A stretch of 64,000 bases of DNA from the human T2T-CHM13v2.0 reference genome, Homo sapiens: assembly GCF_009914755.1 (NCBI RefSeq), contig NC_060936.1. The stretch is one strand, 5' to 3'. The position numbers and the translations under genes are program-made. Positions 53,860 to 64,000 of this stretch are shown here, in pieces. Each line of letters starts with the position of its first letter. The first letter of the stretch is position 1. The notes beneath the pieces were generated by a model. The model was not told where the DNA came from. It saw only the letters and a list, made by a program, of their open reading frames with translations, and searched no databases.

Positions 53860-56800
53860 TGAATTTTTAGTAGAGACGGGGTTTCACCGTGTTGGCCAGA
53901 CTGCTCTCGAACTCCTGACCTCAAGTGATCCGCCCGTCTCGGCCTCCCAAAGTGCTGGAATTACAGGCATGAGCCACCGCGCCCGGCCTAGTTTCTTTTT
54001 TGAGTGTTCATTTAGAAGCAGCTCTTAGTTTCTCACTATTATTTTTTTCTGGAATCTCAGCAGGGATGCTAAAGACATCTCCAGGTAATATTTAGAGAAT
54101 AAAAACTGTGGTGTCGGCCAGCCATGGTGGCTCACGCCTGTAGTCTCAGCACTTTGGAAGGCCAAGGTGGAAGGACCCCTTCAGCTCAGGAGTTTAAGAC
54201 CAACATGTGCAATGTAGGGAGACTCTGTCTAAAAAAAATTGTGTGGTCTGATTAATTTTTAAAATATAAACTTATTTTTAATAACTTATGTTCAGCATAT
54301 TATAGAATATTGCACAAATCATGAGTGTACAGCTTGATAAATGTTCACAGTGAATACACCCATGTAACCAGCATCCGGACCAATAAAAAAAACACTGCTA
54401 ATACTCATGTCCTTTCCTGTCATTATCCCTAACCCCCTTCTCTCCAGGGATAACCACTACCCTGTCCTTTAACACTAGAATAATTTTGCCTGTTTTTGAA
54501 CTTTATTTAAATGCATTTGTATATACTCTTGTATTTGATCCCTTTTCCTTAATAGTATATGGATAAGCTATATCTGTGTTGTTGAACAATGCAGTTTTTC
54601 TTTTCATTGATAGAGTATAGCTGTAGACATTCTTGTATGTGCCATTGGCACATATGACGCATTACCTAGGTGTGGGATTGCTAGGTTGTAGTGTATGTGT
54701 TCATTGCCAAATAATTTTTCCGGTGTGGTGCCAGTATACACTTCCACCAGCAGTTACAGTTTCTTCACATCCCTGCCAATCTTGTTATATAGTCTTTTTA
54801 ATTTTAGACATTCTGGGTGGAGGGTTTATCTAATTTTTGAAAATTCAGTGAAATATTCCCTGCTCCCCTCTCTTCTGAACTTTAAAAATGTCTGATAGGT
54901 AATTCAAACATAGAATTTATACCATTATATTTCTGTTAATAGCTTTCTAACTGACTTAGTCTTTTTACACAGTTTCATGTTTTCAGGCTTAAAATGGTCA
55001 TTTGAATATAGGTATTCTTTTCAAACATTGTTATGTTCTTTGTTGTAAATACTTATTTGAGAGGTATTTCTGAGGCAAATGCTCTTGGTTGGATTTCATT
55101 GACTTTACTAATTTTTAAGTTATACTTTATTTAAACTAGCCATTAAAGATGGAAATTTTTATTTTGGCCAAGCTATATATATAATAAATGATAAATGTTT
55201 ACCGTATACATACATACATACGTACATGTATGTCCTTTAAAAATTGGAATACTGTTATCTGTTAGGTAGGAATATTATGACTATCAAGGCTGCTAATTTG
55301 TTTAAATAATTTCTAATAAAACACCATATACATCTAATTTCTGTCTCAGCTATGTCCCTAGTGCCTAATTTTTACCTCCTTTCAAGTAGAATAATAATTC
55401 TAGATTTTGAAATTTCTTTCAACTGTCAAATATCAAGCTAAGGGATTTATTTTGGGAGAGGATGTTTAAAAAAATGTGTGTGTATGTGTGTATGTTTATA
55501 TATGTAATTTTGCCTGGTCTTGGGATATTTAAGCATTTATTTATTAAGCACTTCTGTTTAGTTTGACATAAGATTCTGTATTGTCAAGGAATTACCCTTC
55601 AAAATTGATTCATTTAACATTTATGAGTAGTCTTCTAGTATCCTACATTTATTATGACTTTTTATATTTGCTTTTGCAGTAGACCTTTTTTCTTGAAAAA
55701 AAGAAAGAAAATAGGGTAGGTTTGTGTTAGTTGGCTTTAAAAGTTGTATTTGTTGACCTGATAGTTTTGCCCTACTTCAGGGGCTTCATAACACCTCCCT
55801 GAAATGACTGTTTCTGTGAGGATAGTGAAGATTGATTGATTTCTAATAATTATTATATGATAAATAATTGTTCATATCTTATCCACTCTACCAAACGTTG
55901 GGTTGGACGTAATCCCTTCCTTACTACAAAATATACATTGTGTTATCCAGATGCCAGTATTCATGGATGAGGCTTGCTAATATTGTATATACAAAAGCAT
56001 AATTAAATTATAATAAATAATTAAATTAGAATAATTAATAGTTTTAAAATAAAGGAAACTTTTATGTGAAGCCAAATATGCTAGTCATGTCACTTAGACA
56101 AAAGATGATCATAGACTAGTAATTTTAAGGGGTATATGTTTTTACCTTTCATTCTTCTCAGCAACTTATTTTTAACTTAATATAAATAAAAGTTTATATT
56201 TTGCTTTACTGTTTTGAAGAAGGAACATTATCCCAAAATCAGATGAAAAATGAAGTGTGTGATGCTTGACAGTCACCACCAGCCAGTCATGGGGGTCCAT
56301 AAAATAGAGATCTCAGGGAACATCTGTGTTCCAAAAGCCACCTCTGGTGCCTCTGAGGGTTAGATTAGTGGAGGTCATGATCGCTGTTAGAGAATCGAGA
56401 CACATTACTATAAATCATGTAATTTAAATTTTATTACTTAAGTATCTTGTTATCAACAGAGCTCAACTTTGTAGTAAGCAAAATAGCTTCTTTGGTTTTT
56501 GTTGTTGTTGTTGTTGTTGTTGTTTTCCAGAGAGGGGGTCTTAATATGTTGCTCAGGCTGGGGTGCAATGACTATTCACAGGCACAACCGTAGCCTACAG
56601 CCTTGACCTCCTGGGCTCAAGCAATCCTCCCACCTCAGCCTCCCAAGTAACTGAGATTACAGACGTGTGCCGCCATGCCTGGCTCACAAGTAGCTCTTAA
56701 AAATTATAAATTAGGTCTGTATCAAATGGGACATACACTGTATTGTGACAAATACTACAGTCTTTTAGAATACTTCCGTAGCCTTTTTTGTTTAAATTAG

Positions 56801-57908
56801 GCTATTGAGAAAAAATACTTTTTAGTAAGTGTCTTTCTTTGCCAGTGTTTTTAAAGAATCTGCAATGAATAAATAAATAATAGGATACCATATATTGCTT
56901 ATATTTTGTTCTAATAATTTTTTGTATTAAAAAACCCTCAATTTAACTACAGTTAACAGTTGTTGAATCTTAAGCAGAAGACATACTGGATGATTGTGCT
57001 ATTTGATCTTTTCTGTATATTTGAAATTTTTGTTAATAAAAAGTTAAAAAATATTTTAATTAAAGATGATAATAAAAAGCTTTAATTGCTTATCTTTATT
57101 TACTATCAGTAAGCAATAGACATCTGAGTATCTTCTAGGCATAACTGCTGAGTTCTGTGGTAGATACAGAGGCACATAAGACGTTGTTTCTTTCTTCAAG
57201 AGGATTGTAATATATATAAGGTGACTGGACTTTTGCATAAATGATGTGTGTTAGCAGAGTGGGTAGTATAGAAAAGTAGTAAAAGAAAAATGAAATTAGA
57301 TTATGATGTATTCTGATGAAAGGCTTTGTACAGTGTAATAGTTTTATTTTAGGAAGTCAGTATGAGGCCTGAGGATTAACAACACAACCTTGTTAACATT
57401 GGTTAATTTTAATCACCTGATTGAAACAAAGAGAAAATATTTTTAAGATAGTTGATAACCTCTTCTGACTTATTTAGGACTTATCTTTGATAAGTAAAAC
57501 AATGGACTATCTGAGAGAATTTTGTGAGTTTTTTTTTCTTTTCTTTTTTTCTTTTAAGAGATGGGGCCTTACTGTGTTGCCCAGGTTGGTCTCAAGCCCC
57601 TGGCGTCAAACCATCCTCCTGCCTCATTTTTACAAAGTGTTGGAATTACAAGCATGAGCCACCATGTCCAGCCAGTGTTTTCTTTTTCTTCGTGAACTAT
57701 AGTGTTCCTCTTTACTTGTGGTGAAACTGCAAGAGCTATTTCATGTAGTCCTTTTTTTATATATACTTAGAACACCTTGAGCTGAGCACGGTGGCTCACA
57801 CCTGTAATCTCAACACTATGGGAGGCTGAGGTGGGAGGATTGCTTGAGTCCAAGAGTTTGAGACCAGCCTGGACAACATAGTGAGACCTCGTCTCTACAA
57901 AAAAATTA

Positions 57909-58109
<201 letters not shown>

Positions 58110-60728
58110 TTAAAATTTTTTTTTTGAGATGGAATCTCACTGTGCTGCCCAGGCTCCAAAGTGCTGGACACTTTGGAGTACCCAGGCCTCCCAAAGTGCA
58201 AAGATTACAGGCGTGAGCTACCGTGCCGGCCATAACACATTTAAATTGGATACATTTATAAAATGTGTTATAGCAGAAGACTTACTAAAATAAGATTGTG
58301 CACATGAATGGCAAGATGAGAACTTGAAGTTTTAGGTCATTTGTTTTTAGTTCGAATTAGTGTTATGTAAAACTCTTACCTCCTGGCTGTCCTGTGCCTC
58401 GTAATGATCAGGAGTTAAGATTAGGTGTTTATATGAGTGCTATTTAAAGCTGTTACTCAGCCTAAATGACTGATTTCTTTCTTGAAGACATGCATCGTGT
58501 TTTGCTTTGGTGTTCCGTATTTTCCCTGTGTTATTTCTGGGGCGACAGAATGATGTCTTGGCTAAAAATATAGTCCTGTGGACTAACTGTTTGAAACTTG
58601 ACTTTTTTTATCTTAGAAAACATTTATCTTCTCCACAACATCCTCATTTGTAAAGTTAATATAATATTTGTCTCGTAGGGTTTCTGTGAGGAATAGAATA
58701 ATTCCTGAAAAGTACTTAGCACAATGCTTGGCACATATAAATACGCAAATGCTATCTTGTTATTTCTATTATATAAATAGTTGACTTGGGAACCTCTTTA
58801 TTTGTAAGATTTTCTAGTAGACTAATGCCTGAAACTTTAGCTGTAGAGTGTATTATATTTTCATTTTTTATCTCATTCCTTTTATGACTGTGGTCTGAAA
58901 ATAACAGTGACCAAGGTTTGAGTTCAGGGTCGACATAATAAATGGAGGAGTGAAATTTCATTTTAGGTTTGTGTGACTCTGGAAACTGGGCTCTTGATCA
59001 CTGTTATATTCTTATGCTGCATGTTTTTTTCTGTGTGACATGGGAATGGTATTGGGTTTATATCACATCATTTTGTTTAGCTTAGTATATTAATGTTCCT
59101 TATCAAGTTGACAGGTTGTTGAATCTCTGTCTTTCAAAGTTGATTCTTGACCATGGGTCTTGAATGTGTGTCATTGATCATATGTATGTGTCATTGATCA
59201 GATGTGTGTCAGCAGAAAACTCATCAGTAATAGAAAAATAACAAAATACAAGTCTTGATGTTAGTGGTGTAACGACGTTAGCTAACATTAATTGAATATG
59301 TCAGGTATTACAATAAGTTCTTTTTATATTACTGTGTCACTTATTCTTCAGTGGTCCTTTGAGGTATTCATACTATTATTTATTCTTTTTTTTTCTGTTG
59401 AGAAAACTTGCCCAAAGGCAGCTGGTCAGTTGAAGGGAAATTGACTCAAAGGCTCCTCTGATCTAATGCCAGTGTCTTGAGTGCTGTATAGATACATCCT
59501 CTGTTGTTTTATTGTAGTAAATGCTGCCTTATTCACAAATGCTTGGGGGGACGTTGTGTTTTAATTGAGTTACAGTGCTAAATAATTCCTTTTTGTTGCC
59601 ACTTTTCAGAGACTTACTCCTCTAATATCCTTAACTCATTTATATACATAAGGAACCCTCATTTTACAAGTTATGTTTGAGAAATTTATTGGATTGGACT
59701 TTTTGCAGTGAATCTCTATGAGATGGTTGAGTTGCCAGGCTAACTTATGAAAATAATAATGCTAATGTAGCAAAAATGCAGAACAGAAGAAAATAATTAG
59801 AAGAGAAAAAAATGAGAATAAAATAGAAAACTAATTGTCTTGGATATTGATAGTTGAGTAGCAGTAGGTTTAATTTGAGGCTTTCAAAGACATAGAAATT
59901 CTGAAAGAGTTTCTAAATCTTTCAAGGAATTTTGGAAGGCTAGCATTCTTTGCTAATTTCGTTTCCAGTTTATTTTGCGTTATTACCAAGAACACACATC
60001 AGTAATTTAACACATCACCTATCAGTAGAGCTGTTTTTTTATTGATTTGTTAAGAGTGGGTAACTAGATGAGAACTGTTTTTCCTTGGGTATCTGAGGAA
60101 TAATGAAAGGAAGAAGATGGTAAGGAGGATGTGTGCTTTTAGTAGTATAAAATAAGCTGTGAATGATTTCAAAGAGAGGTGGTGGGAGAGCAAGTCCCTG
60201 TACTAGTAACCGTTTACATTTACTGCCCCTAACAAGATGGGGGATAGGAAGGTATGAGATAGAATATAGATTATTCATATGTAAAAGATACTACAAATTC
60301 ATTTTTCTTACAAACAAGTACTCCCTGACTTACAACCTTTCTTTCAAAAAGCATTTCAAGATTTTGTAGTATACTTCACGATTATCATTGTAAGTTACAT
60401 TTTAAATTTTTAAACATTTTCTTTGAATTCTGTGTCCATAAGAGATTACTACACAGGAAACAACATATTGTACACAATTAATATGTACCTGTGATAGCAG
60501 AATTCAAAGGTAAGGTTTTTCCTGTGTTCTTTAGATGAGGACTCTAGGTTTTACACCTTTTAAAATGTTTAGATTTACTATCATAAGGAAACCAACTCTT
60601 TGATATCAGAAAAGTATTACAATGGTGCTAAAATTTTTATGGCATAGTTATTTGTAGATTGTGACATTCATATAATTTTATTACTTTTCTATATTTCTTG
60701 ACTAAAATTACACAATTCTTTTATTTAG

Positions 60729-60886
60729 GAAGTGGCAGTTTTTGTCTTTGATAAAAAACTGATTGACAAGTATCAAAAATTTGAAAAGGATCAAATCATT
60801 GATTCTCTAAAACGAGGAGTCCAACAGTTAACTCGGCTTCGACACCCTCGACTTCTTACTGTCCAGCATCCTTTAGAAGAATCCAG
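60729..60886 (+). CDS. SCYL2: SCYL2 exon 3, pseudokinase N-lobe (EVAVFVFDKK...LTRLRHPRLL...LEES)
   Basis: Acceptor ttatttag|GAA, donor AG|GTAAAT, 158 nt. Contains the SCY1-family 'LRHP' motif. The gene continues beyond the window. Confidence 0.95.
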
Positions 60887-62744
60887 GTAAATTTTTACAA
60901 AAACTTACATAGTAGACTTCCTGAACAAATAGTTAAAAATAATTTTATATTTGAAATCTGTTTCAAGTATTGTCAGTGAAAAATTCTTATACTCTAAGTG
61001 TTGAGTTCTTATGCATTAGTTTTCTCCCTAAAATTTATTTGCATTGTCTACGTATATGTCTCTCTTTGAAATATTAATACTTTCTTTACTTTTGCCATGA
61101 TTCTGTACTTCAGTGGCTACCCTGTGCTCATGACTACAATAGTCAAAATAGAACATACAAGGGTATAGAATACAGTTCTTGCCTGAAAGTAGCTGTCCTT
61201 GCTAATTTGCTAGAATTTCTTGTCTCCTTTTCATTGATACAGTATTTGGAGGCCAATTTTGTGTGTGTGCCAACTACTGTTTCAGACACTTAACCTTCTA
61301 CTATGCCTAGCATGCCAGTCCATAGCTCTCAGTTACTTTACCATCTATTTTTCTCAAGGGTGAGCTTGGGAAGTGTTAGTGAGAGTGACAAGAAAATGAA
61401 ATTTATGTAATCTTAACTAGACTCTCAAGCTTGTGGCACTTTTAATACTCCTTTAGATACGCTAGCTTTATAAACCTTTTCGACATTACTTATAACCCAA
61501 ATTTATGCTTTTCTTCCTTCTTTCTCAGCAGACTGTATTCCCCTCTCTTAATTCAGAAAATCTTAATCAGATCATTTGGTATTTGTGTCCTGTGGCCCTG
61601 TTGGCCCTTAGGATTTTTAAGGATAGGGGAAGAATGGGAAAGTGGAGGACACAGAACTGGCAGGGTTCCAGGCTGTGTGGGATGAAGGTCCCATCTCCCT
61701 TCAATTGTACAGTTTTGCTTTTATCTTTTATTATATATTGAGTTTCTGCAATTCTTACGTTGGAATCCTCAATAACCACTTTCTACCATCTCACCCTTCA
61801 AAGGCACAAGATCTTTTTTTTAAACATAAAAGGAAAAATACAAACATTTACTATGTGAAAAACTATGCTAAATGTTTTACATTGTTTAATTCATCTAATT
61901 CTCACAATTACACAGAACAGAGGATCAAAGAAACTGTATGGTTTTAAGTGCTGGAGCTAGGATTCATTTTGTCATTCTGATTCCTGAGTCCCTGTTTTTA
62001 TTTTTTACTGCACCATGCTGCATCTACCCAAAAATATGCTAATGTGTCAGTTGATTGATCGAGACAAGAGTCTCACTCTGTTGCCCAAGCTGGATTACAG
62101 TAGTGCCATCATAGCTCACTGCAGCCTCGAACTCCTGGACTCAAGTGATCCTCCTGCCTCAGCCTCTCAAGTAGACTACTACAAGTGTGTGCTACCATGC
62201 CCAGCTAATTTTTTGATTTTTAATTTAAAAATTTTTTGTTTTGTAGAAGTGGGGTCTTGCTATATTACTCAGGCTGATCTTGAACTCTTGGCCTCAAGTG
62301 ATCCTCCCTGAGATTACAGGTGTGAGTGACTGTGCCTGGCCTCTTCTTTTTCTTTTTTAATTTTTGGGGTGGGGTTTTGCTGTTGTTGCCCAGGCTTGCC
62401 TTGGACTCCCGAGCTTGTGTGATCCTCCTGCCTCAGCCTATCAAGTAGCTGGGACCACAGGTGCATGCTGCTGCACCTGGCTTGCTCATATGTCTCTTGT
62501 CATAAAAATATTTTTTATTGCCTTTCTTTTCATGGATAAACCCAGAACACTATAGTTTCTGTCTGTTATGTAATACTATTGTGAATCCTGTATCCCAAAG
62601 TAGACTGGTTTTCCCACACTTATCCTACACTTTCCTGACTCTGTATTTGTTGGTGCTATTTCCTCTGGAGTGTTTTCTATCAGCGTCTCTAGTGTCACCT
62701 ATTAGAATCCTACCTATCCTTGTTATTTTATGTTGTATTTACAT

Positions 62745-64000
62745 GTTTTTTTTTTATTTATTTTTTATTTTTTATTGATCATTCTTGGGTGTTTCTCACA
62801 GAGGGGGATTTGGCAGGGTCATAGGACAATAGTGGAGGGAAGGTCAGCAGATAAACAAGTGAACAAAGGTCTCTGGTTTTCCTAGGCAGAGGACCCTGCA
62901 GCCTTCCGCAGTGTTTGTGTCCCTGGGTACTTGAGATTAGGGAGTGGTGACGACTCTTAACGAGCATGCTGCCTTCAAGCATCTGTTTAACAAAGCACAT
63001 CTTGCGCCGCCCTTAATCCATTTAACCCTGAGTGGACACAGCACATGTTTCAGAGAGCACAGGGTTGGGGGTAAGGTCACAGATCAACGGGATCCCAAGG
63101 CAGAAGAATTTTTCTTAGTATAGAACAAAATGAAAAGTCTCCCATGTCTACTTCTTTCTACACAGACACGGCAACCATCCGATTTCTCAATCTTTTCCCC
63201 ACCTTTCCCCCCTTTCTATTCCACAAAGCCGCGATTGTCATCCTGGCCCGTTCTCAATGAGCTGTTGGGCACACCTCCCAGACGGGGTGGTGGCCGGGCA
63301 GAGGGGCTCCTCACTTCCCAGTAGGGGCGGCCGGGCAGAGGCGCCCCTCACCTCCCGGACGGGGCGGCTGGCCGGGCGGGGGGCTGACTCCCCCACCTCC
63401 CTCCCGGAAGGGGTGGCTGGCCAGGCGGGGGGGTGACCCCCCCACCTCCCTCCCGGATGGGGTGGCTGGCCAGGTGGGGGGCTGACCCCCCAACCTCCCT
63501 CCCGGACGGGGCGGCTGGCCGGGCAGAGGGGCTCCTCACTTCCCAGTAGGGGCGGCTGGGCAGAGGCGCCCCTCACCTCCCAGACGGGGCGGCTGGCCGG
63601 GCGGGGGGCTGACCCCCCCACCTCCCTCCCGGACGGGGCGGCTGGCCGGGCGGGGGGGTGACCCCCCCACCTCCCTCCCGGACGGGCCGGCTGGCCGGGC
63701 GGGGGGCTGACCCCCCCCACCTCCCTCCCGGACGGGGCAGCTGGCCGGGCAGGGGGCTGACCCCCCCACCTCCCTCCCAGACGGGGCGGCTGGCCGGGCG
63801 GGGGGCTGACCCCCCCACCTCCCTCCCGGACGAGGCGGCTGGCCGGGCAGAGGGGCTCCTCACTTCCCAGTAGGGGCGGCCGGGCAGAGGCGCCCCTCAC
63901 CTCCAGGATGGGGCGGCTGGCCAGGCGGGGGGCTGACTCCCCCAGGCTGACTCCCCCACCTCCCTCCCAGACCGGGCGGCTGGCCGGGCGGGGGCTGACC
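62745..64000 (-). mobile_element. SVA retrotransposon (poly(A), SINE-R, VNTR), cut by window edge; probably SVA_D-like
   Basis: Poly-T at 62745-62775, then the SINE-R 'gatcattcttgggtgtttctc...' to about 63270, then the GC-rich VNTR 'ccccacctccctcccggacggggcggctggccgggc'. Confidence 0.96.

Noticed and set aside
62779-63900. 220-aa and other Pro/Gly/Arg-rich ORFs
   Set aside because: SVA VNTR and SINE-R sequence, which is naturally stop-poor.
63270-64000. Repeat array superficially like CRISPR
   Set aside because: No unique spacers and no cas genes; it is the SVA VNTR in a human locus.

Overview
This is human (hominid) genomic DNA, recognised from the encoded proteins as the head-to-head DEPDC4 (- strand) / SCYL2 (+ strand) locus; the chr12q23.1 assignment is from memory. 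The two genes share a CpG-island bidirectional promoter at about 36.0-37.1 kb. By hand I could splice nine phase-consistent GT-AG DEPDC4 coding exons (36302 down to 10906) into one uninterrupted 542-aa ORF: a DEP domain, a RhoGAP-like region and a DEPDC7-like C-terminus. Two splicing routes would truncate it. Skipping exon 5 gives 294 aa ending ...LPEK*, and including a 51-nt MIR-derived stop exon gives 485 aa. SCYL2 contributes a non-coding exon 1 with two donors and different uORF loads, plus coding exons 2-3. The rest is repeat-dense: dozens of Alus, L1PB/L1M/L2/MIR, a MER31 LTR, MER1B, MER44A, Tigger4a, a Y3 RNA retropseudogene and an antisense SVA running off the right edge. I found no CRISPR or prokaryote-like system and no clearly novel protein gene. 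The best candidates for undescribed biology are the DEPDC4 truncation switches, SCYL2 5'UTR/splicing control, a TSD-flanked 44-nt double-hairpin retro-insert and two ~95-bp local duplications. Repeat boundaries and subfamily names are by eye and approximate; exon boundaries were counted to the base.
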